A stretch of DNA of 64,000 nucleotides from Candidatus Poseidoniales archaeon (GTDB taxonomy: Archaea > Thermoplasmatota > Poseidoniia > Poseidoniales > Poseidoniaceae), in assembly GCA_038150305.1 (NCBI GenBank), contig JAYOTG010000008.1, positions 8,380 to 72,379 of the forward strand, written 5' to 3'. The notes under the pieces were generated by a model. That model was not told where the DNA came from. It saw only the letters and a list, made by a program, of their open reading frames with translations, and did not search any database. The position numbers were made by a program, and so were the translations under genes. Shown here piece after piece: positions 28,001 to 35,116 of this stretch. Positions within the stretch are counted from its first letter, which is position 1, and every line of letters begins with the position of its first letter.

Positions 28001-30432
28001 TCTTCACCGCCGGGGGTCAGCCGCTCATCGACGGCCAGGATTACAGCGCCGTGATCGTCGTGGAGTATGCCGACGGCCGCCTCGGCACACCGTCGATGCC
28101 CCTCGGACCCGCCACCCCAAGCGACGAAATTCCGAGGCCCCCAAACAGCGGTGAGGCCATGCCCTCCACCTTGAGCAACGCAGCCGATGGCGACCTCGAG
28201 GTGCGATGGGAGCGATGCACCGCGTTGGACCATGCATCCACCCGATTGTATGCTTCGACCGTGGAACGCACCGACGTCCTCGGCCTCACGCCTGAATTGG
28301 ACCTGCCAAAGACCGGAGGCAACGAAACCGTGCTCTCGCTCCAGCCGGGTCGCGTGTACTGGATTGGGTTGACCTGCGTGGACGAATCCGGCCAAGAGAA
28401 CCTCAGCGACGCCCTCATCTTGGGCCCGGTGGTGCCCACCGGCGGCTTGGATGACGGCCTTGCACCACCACCCCTCCAAGGTGTTGAGGCAAAGGACGCA
28501 CCAAACGACGAAGGAGGACGGCTGCTGGTCAGGTGGACCCCCTCAATGGCCGTGGATTGTGCCTTCTACACGGTGTGGTTGCACGAACTTGGGGACATCC
28601 AGAGCATGGACCAGCCTGGCCAAAACGACGGACCCTATGCCACCCTGGTGGCCGAAGCAACGCAGGACCTGCGCGACGGAACCCTCGTCTTCGAAGAAAG
28701 CAAGGTGGTCACGGATTGCTCGGCCAACGGCACCGTGGTGGACGACATCGGCGGCCGTGAACTCGTTGACGGACGCACCTACTTGGTGGCCGTGACCGCC
28801 CACGACGTGTGGCTCAACGTGGACTTCGGCCTTGGGGAGGACACCATCATCGACGACGCCATTCCATTCCGAAACGTCGTGGACGAAGGCGTACCGCCGG
28901 CTCGGCTCGAGGCGGTCGAAGCCTTTGACCATCCACAGGACGACGGATCGGCCATCGACGTGGTCTTCGCACCCTCTGCCGTCGACGACTTCGGCCACTA
29001 TCTGGTCTGGACCTTCACCGAATCGATCACCAACGTCAGTGCATGGCACGCGGACGGCATGCTCAGCGACGGTGTCAGCGCCTTGCGCATCGACACGCAA
29101 CGCATTGACGCCGACGGTTCGCCCTTTGAAATCACCATGAACGAGGCCATGCACCGCAACCAAGACGGCTCCTGGTCCGTGGTGCCCATCGAAGATGGCA
29201 TGACCGTGTACGCTGCGGTCACCGTTCACGACCTGCGCGGAAACGTCCACCTCGACGGACTGACCACCGACTCGGCCATGGCGATCGACAACGTGGCCGA
29301 CCGAGAGGCCCCCGACCGCATTGAGGAACTCGTGGCCACCGACCGTCCTGAAGACGATGGACGAGCGGTGCTGCTGGAATTCCTGCCAAGCACAGCAAGC
29401 GATGTCGAATCCTACGAGGTCTACGTCCTCAGTGCACCCTTCAACCGCGTCAGCGAAGATGCGTCTCCAAGCCTGGTGCTCGACCGCACCCCCAACTTCC
29501 CCATCGTGGTGGACAGGTATTCGGACGGCAGCTCCCTTGAGCCCGACGTCACCGTTCATCTCGCTGTCGTGGTGCGTGACACGAGTGGAAACGCACACCT
29601 CACCGATCTCACCACGGCCTCGATTGCACCCGTCGATGACGGCATCGAGGACCCTGGGCTCTACCTTGACCCCATCACGGGCATTTCCGCCGCATGGGCG
29701 GACGAAACCGACGTTCTCGTGGCGTGGGAACACACCAGCGATCCAAGCGTTCGTGCCTACCGAGTCTACTTCGCCAGCGCCACCTTCCCCGACGTCGAAA
29801 GCGCCACCTTGGCCGCTGAAGTCCAAGCTTCGAATTCATTCCGCATCACCGCTGCGGCCTTCCCGGAACTGACCAATTCGACCGGGTGGTACATCGCGGT
29901 CACCCCGGTCGACGACGTCTTCGAGCGGACCTCCGTTGAGCCCGTCTTCTTGGCTCCACTGACCCAAGGTGAAGGCGGCGAAGGTGCCGACGATGACGGG
30001 CTGGACCTCGGAACCTACCTGACCGGGCCCAACGCGATCATCGCCGGATTGGTCCTCATCACTGTGCTTCTGGCCCTGTTGGTGCTCCGGCGCCGCGGCG
30101 GCGAAGGCGGCGGCAAAGCATACACCTTGCAGGAAGCCACTTGGGGCATCCAAGAGGACGCCTTCGGGCCAATTCCAACGGCTCCAGCGCCGGCCCCGCC
30201 GCCCGCTGCTCCAGCCTCCACCCCGTCGGCCCTGGCCGCTCCTGAGGCTTTGTCCGTCGACCTCTACGCTGCCGCGCAGCAGCTCGCTCCAGCCCGCATG
30301 GAGGCTCCCGTAACGCGTCCGGCTGCACCCTCGCCCAACATCGACGGCTTGCTGGACGACTTGGGTCTGGACAACGCAGCACCTGCAACCCAAGGAGGCT
30401 TGGACACCTCCTTCCTCGACGATTTGCTGTGA
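22006..30432 (+). CDS. Giant (about 2800 aa) type-I membrane surface protein. It has a signal peptide, an N-terminal beta-propeller-like repeat region, multiple FN3-like repeats, a single C-terminal TM helix, and a proline-rich/acidic cytoplasmic tail.
   Basis: The signal peptide is MEGRQDAPQDGVRLHATGLVMLMLMSLVSPLLMPNVAA|HED. The first half has many 'LWVGGDDGF / VWASTFDDGLAAW'-type propeller blades. The second half has more than 6 repeats of roughly 100 aa of the form 'L.A.D.P.DDGG.L...W.......DF..Y.VY'. The C-terminus is 'IIAGLVLITVLLALLVLRRRGG' followed by 'PIPTAPAPAPPPAAP...GLLDDLGLDN...SFLDDLL'. The start is chosen 26 nt downstream of a TATA-like box. Confidence 0.85.
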   Translation: MEGRQDAPQDGVRLHATGLVMLMLMSLVSPLLMPNVAAHEDPGGAVWPMSGSEDTGWVRLNATSADGIQPASADWNLTFAPGATLDNVSFEIRVSGADGVVIDSPLMISGGSIGSALLDLSDQGWMGQTLDLDGGDPFTGRTSSSGLSSSWALPGGATVTDLVIQALAPADPTVSLKPLAFEPVASAVHPDDGRLWLAVDEQMFVIDAAMSPPTIDILASPVGTVVDVAVDMTHRELVVLGEDGLAMIDFDDGNIWAYSQQATPAGLRGLATNASGDVHVVAEDCLYARLAGDAAGWTKLAGCNGNTFPISSTGDVLTMEIIGQYVYVSMADEGVIRYDTVSSTSSVWSSANVLHSDQVTSIVQMGSQILFGSEDAGIARFNPALNLWQATWSSANWLADDQINGLEVIGSDLWVLAGASIQKYDINSGVFTAHSGPSDLSDGGLGGDVPVMMAWPTGGARAPADATLLIGDGTGTFLRMAPGATPIQQSNLVLATSPPIAEMTAVASFGNEVYVGGDDLVAVYNATQRRWTGATTIFGAPSAMTATAADLWVATEEDGLYRIPSSTGTPQQLQSSTDARWNAIVGLAVDAQDVVLTHEDGGVSVWNLTDLANGNPPWESGATSDVPADATGEVAIHNRTAYFASEDGLLRLDLDGTPTWLSAWGSTGIDQSFYAPIVEYQGVLHYGLYGYGVIRIDLASGELLEPLLDGNGNGARGALPSDAIYSVAVTNIRGSAELAIGTQSGAILWDGSSAYNIPGGRNWDERPGQHLEFMDLGSYLFAATNLGVCRWQVDASGGLDIDGCLTVYDGMPNWATYSLGHNSTHIFGGTLSGVGVIARSSFSVVDTWETQSADNAPVAVVGDVAYIGLDGIGVARWDLTNGAWQNLWTSSGVLDTNGITGLVAGAQANTLWVGGDDGFQLIDVINSTELVDIEKTSGLYYDNGDPYDLIMVDDVLYYNQRTASDRIYRIDTSDYSSATNFLDIGVHLNEGSLDVAGMGRMGDVIVASAVSSQWWNTEGSGGIVRWNATSNSWLPDILPDTSIEVMEVLQTANGDTWIQYGDDGVEVLDANGTQILGWSASETPNLPNGQGGYPMGGGMVEWGGDILFASEDGVGAYDPTTATWSTYWTSTGTPEVYELWTDGNVLFIGATSGQGWNPDGVVIMEDSNGTQTTVLSSQAGDFSNAYPISIEACDGMVWTAFFQLSGGAQVIGVDPNGVASDVVIDGQDFGTNARPAALACSGTELHVGFWSVSAGVIVWDLATGQVVDQLTNADGMSNSAVYYDAMATVGPASAPSIAVGYDTNNGEGGFAVYDVANRVPTVREQGALVTTVDRASSGAVVYGIPGLSSGYSQVGTWWPSTGASIIGSRIQLNSGSVSALAGSGTTLYAATYDPIAGFGSSTGGSALLVGDVASNGTLTWTEGHVMRSGMRASSLAIGSQAVHVATAPRGGGQGGGQGVGLLTLDLLNGSWSTASNGLSDNLDGLAWYGNELVTGLVGGGSGVSGVQVYDRTSDAFVDGGVLGGLPSNTILGLSRTSASDVVHIATDGGVGRFDRSMDGWDTPITTVNGLASNNVEDVLTWFDGAGNEQVLLATEGGLALWNASTDQMIATWDDTSGLLETSTWGLFRNATDGSVLLAHDGLGSSRPGATVLAASSSATGGFVVDDTHRFDQLPSNDVTAVAADWWGLHIATESGTMTHWNALSEEFEEGIDRTPTNQRVEQIVADGTTAVLMTNSGLVLVEASAAAHAQLAAETVVGISDVALDASGAVWASTFDDGLAAWSAPPGYQPVPSAASLRATPLNLGIGTGFADVTEFLHPGTTIDLLNLTDLSNVSLPAGAAGALTPTALPLVFSSSTQGAAVWASTELLLWDGTFEMADDAFVSRLQATVDTGRMLNGNLTVEAQLFSPVNGSMDVRLIYDWSRTETPIELLDLTDRPDDGGGALRASWSLVHDDDFARYLIYLKPDGWAVPPTAAELQGSNLQPDAAVALHSRLQADVFTAGGQPLIDGQDYSAVIVVEYADGRLGTPSMPLGPATPSDEIPRPPNSGEAMPSTLSNAADGDLEVRWERCTALDHASTRLYASTVERTDVLGLTPELDLPKTGGNETVLSLQPGRVYWIGLTCVDESGQENLSDALILGPVVPTGGLDDGLAPPPLQGVEAKDAPNDEGGRLLVRWTPSMAVDCAFYTVWLHELGDIQSMDQPGQNDGPYATLVAEATQDLRDGTLVFEESKVVTDCSANGTVVDDIGGRELVDGRTYLVAVTAHDVWLNVDFGLGEDTIIDDAIPFRNVVDEGVPPARLEAVEAFDHPQDDGSAIDVVFAPSAVDDFGHYLVWTFTESITNVSAWHADGMLSDGVSALRIDTQRIDADGSPFEITMNEAMHRNQDGSWSVVPIEDGMTVYAAVTVHDLRGNVHLDGLTTDSAMAIDNVADREAPDRIEELVATDRPEDDGRAVLLEFLPSTASDVESYEVYVLSAPFNRVSEDASPSLVLDRTPNFPIVVDRYSDGSSLEPDVTVHLAVVVRDTSGNAHLTDLTTASIAPVDDGIEDPGLYLDPITGISAAWADETDVLVAWEHTSDPSVRAYRVYFASATFPDVESATLAAEVQASNSFRITAAAFPELTNSTGWYIAVTPVDDVFERTSVEPVFLAPLTQGEGGEGADDDGLDLGTYLTGPNAIIAGLVLITVLLALLVLRRRGGEGGGKAYTLQEATWGIQEDAFGPIPTAPAPAPPPAAPASTPSALAAPEALSVDLYAAAQQLAPARMEAPVTRPAAPSPNIDGLLDDLGLDNAAPATQGGLDTSFLDDLL

Positions 30433-30475
30433 CCGGTGTGCTGAAGCCCAGCACCGCTCTCCCTGATGTGAGCAC

Positions 30476-31219
30476 ATGCCTGCAGGACCGCGTGACGCTG
30501 TGTTCACCACGCTGCTGTTCCAACCGGAACGGGGCGTGGCTGACCTCGACCTGCACCTTGCTCGGCTCCAAGACCACGCACGCGCTTTGCGGCTGACGCC
30601 GCAGATGCCTGACGCGCTCCCAACACTCCGCGACGCATGCCACGATCGAACAACGGAGGGACTGGTCCGCCTTGCATGGTCCGTCGATGGATGGAGCTGC
30701 GCGATCCGTGACCGCCAGGCGCTTCCCGAAGTGGACGCCATCACCGCACCTGCACCTCGATGGGCGGGTCGTATCACGGGAACAAAGCACGGCGCGTGGG
30801 CATGGGCGGCGGAAGCGGCAGCCTACGGAGACGCCATGGGTGCCGATGCGGTGCTGCTGGTGCACGAGCACAGGATCGTCGATGAGCGACGCTCCACACC
30901 TTTGCTGTTGGACGATGACGGCGTGGTTTGGGCTGCGAAAGACGAGGATGGCGCGGTGGACAGCGTGACCTTGCGGACCCTGATGCACGACCTTGCGGCC
31001 GCAGGCCTTCCCGTCCAACGGGGCCACCTCAACGAACGCCGCGTGGCCCGGGCCACCGCCATGGTGCTCGTCGGCACCGGACTGGGGGTGGCCTTGGTCG
31101 ACACCATCGATGGTGTGCCCTTCGTTTCACCAAGTTCGCGCCTGTTCGACGTCTGCCGTGATGCCTACGAGCGTCACATGAACGACTCCGCCACGTGGAC
31201 GAACCTGGAGGACGCTTGA
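30476..31219 (+). CDS. pabC: Aminodeoxychorismate lyase-like protein (class IV aminotransferase fold), putative PabC
   Basis: This is a 247-aa ORF. Its stop lies 2 nt before the start of the PabB-PabA fusion gene. Composition and size fit a fold-type IV PLP enzyme. The assignment rests on context and is moderate. Confidence 0.55.
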   Translation: MPAGPRDAVFTTLLFQPERGVADLDLHLARLQDHARALRLTPQMPDALPTLRDACHDRTTEGLVRLAWSVDGWSCAIRDRQALPEVDAITAPAPRWAGRITGTKHGAWAWAAEAAAYGDAMGADAVLLVHEHRIVDERRSTPLLLDDDGVVWAAKDEDGAVDSVTLRTLMHDLAAAGLPVQRGHLNERRVARATAMVLVGTGLGVALVDTIDGVPFVSPSSRLFDVCRDAYERHMNDSATWTNLEDA

Positions 31220-31221
31220 GC

Positions 31222-33399
31222 ATGGGCCTCATCCGTACGGTGGAAGGCCTGCGCGAGCAGGGCCAACTTGGCCCGACGGCCGGCGCCTTCGGTGCCCCGG
31301 ACGAGGTGCTGCTCCTGTCCACCGGGCCAGCCAGCCATCTGGCCAAGCACTCGATGATCGCCCGCCCACCGCGTCGTCGAGCCGTGGTGCGGCAACCGGA
31401 ACCCGAACCCTCTGAGCTTGACCCCAGCAACCCGCTGCACGGAGAGCCGGCGTGGAACACGGAAGGTGAGGTGACCGCCACGGTCCAGGCGTGGTCAGAC
31501 GGATCATGGCACGACCTGCAGCAGGTCTCCGCCCCGACCTTGGACGACCTCATGCGGACCTTGGGCGACGTGATGCTCGATCCGCAGCCCTTCGTGACGC
31601 ACGTGGAAGGGTGGCCGCAGCGGCCCTTCCTTAGCGGAGCCTTTGCCTACGATTTGGTGCAATGGACCCAGCCGATTCGCGTCCAACACGTGCCAAACCA
31701 CGAGGCGCTTCTTGCGGTGTTCTGGTCGGTGGACGGCGCGTTGCTCATCGATCACGCCACGGGACAACGCCATCGCCTGCACGTCGACGGTGACGCCTGG
31801 GCGAAGCAGGTTGAACCGGCCGAAGCGCGCGTGACTCCTGCGCCCGTTGTTCAACACGCTGCGCTTGAGAGTTCCATGGACGATGCGCAACACGCCGAGG
31901 CCATTGAAGCGGTGAAGCAGGCCATCGTCGACGGACGAATGTACCAGGTCAACATTGGCCGGCGATGGACGGGCCCGCTTACCGATGATCCATGGGACGT
32001 GATGCGACGGCTGCTCGAGGGAAACCCCGCCCCCTTTTCTGCGTGGACGTGGGCTCCTGACCTGGACCATCACCTGCTGTCCAGTTCGCCAGAATCCCTC
32101 TTGCGGATTCACGCCGGACAGGCGATGACCTCGCCAATCAAAGGCACCTACCCGCGCGGCAGCGACGTTTTGGAAGAGCAAGCACTCCGCCGTGCCTTGG
32201 TGGAGGACGAGAAGGAAACCGCCGAGCACAGGATGCTCGTGGACTTGATGCGCAACGATGTGGGCGCCATCAGTCGACCGGGCTCGGTCCATGTTCAGCG
32301 CTACGACGTCGAGGCCTACGCCACCGTTCAGCATCTGGTGTCGCACGTGGGTGCGACGCTGACCGTCGACCCGCCTACGGCCTTTGCTTCGGTGTTCCCG
32401 GGTGGTTCCATCACCGGCTGTCCCAGAACGGTGGTCTGCGCCGCCATCGACGCCATTGAGCGCGAACCACGGCGCTTCTGGTGCGGATCTGTGGGCTGGT
32501 GGGACCCCGCCGGCCATCACGGGGCATGGAACATTTTGATCCGAACCATGCAGGTCCGTCACGAAGGTGGCAAACGCGTGGCTGACGTGTTGGCCGGGGG
32601 CGGCATCACCATCGCAAGCGTGGCCGCCCGCGAAATCGAGGAAGTGGAATGGAAGGCCGACGCTCTGCTCAGTGCTGCGGGGTGGGGCTTGCCGCAGAGC
32701 AGCACCAGAGGGCGCTTGCGGATCACGCCGCTTCGTGTCCCGCAGGGGGCTCCGCTCGGCGGGCGCTTGGGCCAAGCCCGAGCGCGTCCTCACGGCGCGG
32801 TGGTGCTGGTGGACAACCTGGACTCCTTCACCCACAACATCGCGCACGCCATCATGCAGCTGGGTCACGACGTGCACGTGCTGCAAGGACGCGGGCCGCA
32901 GGGCCCACAGGACATCGATGATGGCGTCAGGACGCTGTTGGAAGCAGCTCCGAGCCACATCGTGCTCGGCCCGGGACCCGGCCGGCCCGAAGAGGCCACG
33001 TTCTCAATGCGATTGGCAGCACTGGCGTTGCAGGGGCAAACACCGCCCTTGCTCGGCGTGTGCCTCGGCCACCAGGCCCTCGGACTGGCGGCAGGCGGTC
33101 GCATCACGCCCGATCCGCATGGACCCGTGCACGGCCGGCCTGTCCAACTTGTGCACGATGGAAGCGGGCTCTTTCGCGATGTGTCGGGCCAAACCATGCG
33201 CATGGTGCGCTACAACTCGCTTGTCGTTGAAGGCTCAGATTTGCGAGGCTTGGACATCAACGCCCGCTCTGGACACGTGACCATGGGGGTGCGTTCGCCT
33301 CGCTTCAACGTCCATGGCCTGCAGGGCCACCCGGAATCCATCGGCAGCGAAGAAGGCGACCGGCTTCTCCGAACCTTCCTCGATGCATCGCATGGTTGA
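31222..33399 (+). CDS. pabAB: Aminodeoxychorismate synthase, fused component I (PabB, chorismate-binding) and component II (PabA, class-I glutamine amidotransferase)
   Basis: The chorismate-utilising domain carries the 'SPIKGTYPRG' motif. The Lys in PIKGT is diagnostic of PabB, where TrpE has PIAGT. It also carries 'GGSITGCPRTVV'. The C-terminal GATase carries 'VVLVDNLDSFTHNIAH' and 'LLGVCLGHQALG'. Confidence 0.85.
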   Translation: MGLIRTVEGLREQGQLGPTAGAFGAPDEVLLLSTGPASHLAKHSMIARPPRRRAVVRQPEPEPSELDPSNPLHGEPAWNTEGEVTATVQAWSDGSWHDLQQVSAPTLDDLMRTLGDVMLDPQPFVTHVEGWPQRPFLSGAFAYDLVQWTQPIRVQHVPNHEALLAVFWSVDGALLIDHATGQRHRLHVDGDAWAKQVEPAEARVTPAPVVQHAALESSMDDAQHAEAIEAVKQAIVDGRMYQVNIGRRWTGPLTDDPWDVMRRLLEGNPAPFSAWTWAPDLDHHLLSSSPESLLRIHAGQAMTSPIKGTYPRGSDVLEEQALRRALVEDEKETAEHRMLVDLMRNDVGAISRPGSVHVQRYDVEAYATVQHLVSHVGATLTVDPPTAFASVFPGGSITGCPRTVVCAAIDAIEREPRRFWCGSVGWWDPAGHHGAWNILIRTMQVRHEGGKRVADVLAGGGITIASVAAREIEEVEWKADALLSAAGWGLPQSSTRGRLRITPLRVPQGAPLGGRLGQARARPHGAVVLVDNLDSFTHNIAHAIMQLGHDVHVLQGRGPQGPQDIDDGVRTLLEAAPSHIVLGPGPGRPEEATFSMRLAALALQGQTPPLLGVCLGHQALGLAAGGRITPDPHGPVHGRPVQLVHDGSGLFRDVSGQTMRMVRYNSLVVEGSDLRGLDINARSGHVTMGVRSPRFNVHGLQGHPESIGSEEGDRLLRTFLDASHG

Positions 33400-33435
33400 A
33401 AGGACGGGAGCCGGTCGTCAGGCCCGAGGGAGACC

Positions 33436-33822
33436 ATGCCGCTGTGCCGATCCTGCAACGGGACCTTCGCACGTGAGTATTTCATCCACGGAAACGGGCC
33501 ACGTGCCCAAATCTGTGTCCGTTGTGGCCTCGACCAAGGCCTCGTGTCCAAGGAAGACGTTCCAACCTTCTTCGACGAGGGCCTCATCGCTTCGCGCCTT
33601 TCTGTCGTCTCTCGACGATGGGGGCCCTCGATCACCATCCTGATGGGATGGACCCTGTGGCTGACCTTCCTGACCGGCGTGTCGCCTTGGGGCACCTACG
33701 TGCTCGTGCTGTTGGGCCTTGGCACCTTGCTCTTGCCGGCCCAAATCCTGCTTTATCGCGCCAAGTACTCCGGTGATATGGCGCGCCTGACCCCTGCTCA
33801 TGAGCGCCCGAAAGGCCACTGA
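33436..33822 (+). CDS. Small zinc-ribbon membrane protein
   Basis: The N-terminus carries 'CRSCNG...CVRCG' (C4). Two TM helices follow. The ORF is 128 aa. Confidence 0.45.
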   Translation: MPLCRSCNGTFAREYFIHGNGPRAQICVRCGLDQGLVSKEDVPTFFDEGLIASRLSVVSRRWGPSITILMGWTLWLTFLTGVSPWGTYVLVLLGLGTLLLPAQILLYRAKYSGDMARLTPAHERPKGH

Positions 33823-33823
33823 G

Positions 33824-35116
33824 TCACGTCTTGGCGTGAATTTTCAGAACGTCCCCGTCCTCAACCTGATGATCGGCACCGACCACGCGTCGCGTGCGCC
33901 CGTCCACACCACGGATGAAACCGGCTTCCAGATCTGTGTGCACGCGTCCGGCCACCGCCTTGGCGGTGATACCTGAGGGCACCACAAGCGCGTCAGGAAG
34001 CACCCTTCCGTCCCCGTCAACCCACCGGCCTTCGTCCTGCACGGGATAGACCACGATGCGTTCGAGGGTATCGAAGACCACCGCGTCCAGCAGGGCTTCG
34101 ATGCCGGTACCCCCGGCCGAAGCCAAGGCTCCGCGCATCCGTTCCAGCGCCGCACGTTGGGCGTCGGAAAGCGGCGCATCTTCGGGGACCTCGAAGTCGA
34201 CGTCGCCCGTCCGGTATCGGATAAGCCCCGCCGCGTCTGCGCGTCGAAGGGCCAACTCCATGTCCGCGAGGCACGGCGTTGCGTCCACGTCGAGGCTCAG
34301 GTGATCCATCACGCCCTCAGGGGCAAGGTCCAGCTTGTTGACCGCGACATGCAGCGGGAACAAACCTCGACGCAGGGTCTTGGCCAGGGCGCTCATCTCG
34401 TCGTCGCCCCAGGTCCACGGCTGGCCCAGGTCGTGCCCGCTTTCACGGAGGGCGTCGAGCGCTGAACCGATGAGCGCCGTGGTCGCCCCGAGGCCGCTCA
34501 GCCGCTCAACGAGGAAGCCCAGCAAGCCTCGCTCACCTTCCGCTTGGACACGACGAACACCGCGGGACCAGCCGTCGTCAAGGACACTGGCGATCCACTG
34601 TTCGAGTTCTGTGGTCAGGAAGGTGACCTCGTGAGCGATGGACGCGGCCGCCACCGCGGGGTCGGTGGCCGGTGAAATCGGGTTGCCCTCGACGTCCGTG
34701 GCGGCCGCCCCGTCGACGACCTGAATCAGAGCATCACAGCCCGCAAGGTCGGCGAGGAAGGCGTTGCCCCTTCCGCGTCCTTCTGAGGCTCCGGGCACCA
34801 GTCCGGCCACGTCGACCAGAGCGACCGGCACATGGCGCTCGAAGTTCAGGCATGTGCCCGTTCGAGGGGAGCACATGGAACCGCCTCGGTCACCCTCGTC
34901 CTCGTCCAGACGTCCCTCTTCGATGAGGCGAGCCCGCAATTCACGGCATGGACACGGCAAGCGTGCGCGAGGGAAGGCCACCCCCACGTTCGGGTCAATG
35001 GTGCAGAACGGGTAGTTTGCGATGTCCACTTTGGCCAGCGTGGTCGCTGCAAAGAACGTGGATTTGCCGACGTTGGGCTTGCCGACCAGCCCGATGCGCA
35101 GGGCGGACCCCCCTCA
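33824..35116 (-). CDS. ychF: Obg-like ATPase YchF/OLA1 (GTP/ATP-binding protein with a C-terminal TGS domain). There is an apparent -1/+2 frameshift at the extreme 5' end.
   Basis: The track ORF starts at a GTG with 'MDIANYPFCTIDPNVGVA'. The upstream in-frame peptide 'GGSALRIGLVGKPNVGKSTFFAATTLAKV' contains the G1 P-loop but has no start codon. An ATG at 35117..35115 sits in the +1 frame, separated by a G6 run (C6 on the + strand, 35108-35113). Confidence 0.8.

Noticed and set aside
22497-30777. Numerous minus-strand ORFs of up to 427 aa inside the giant surface-protein gene, for example 28543..29826
   Set aside because: They are antisense to an 8.4-kb uninterrupted ORF with clear signal peptide, repeat and TM architecture. 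Their sequences are Gly/Val/Asp/His-rich and typical of GC3 shadow frames.
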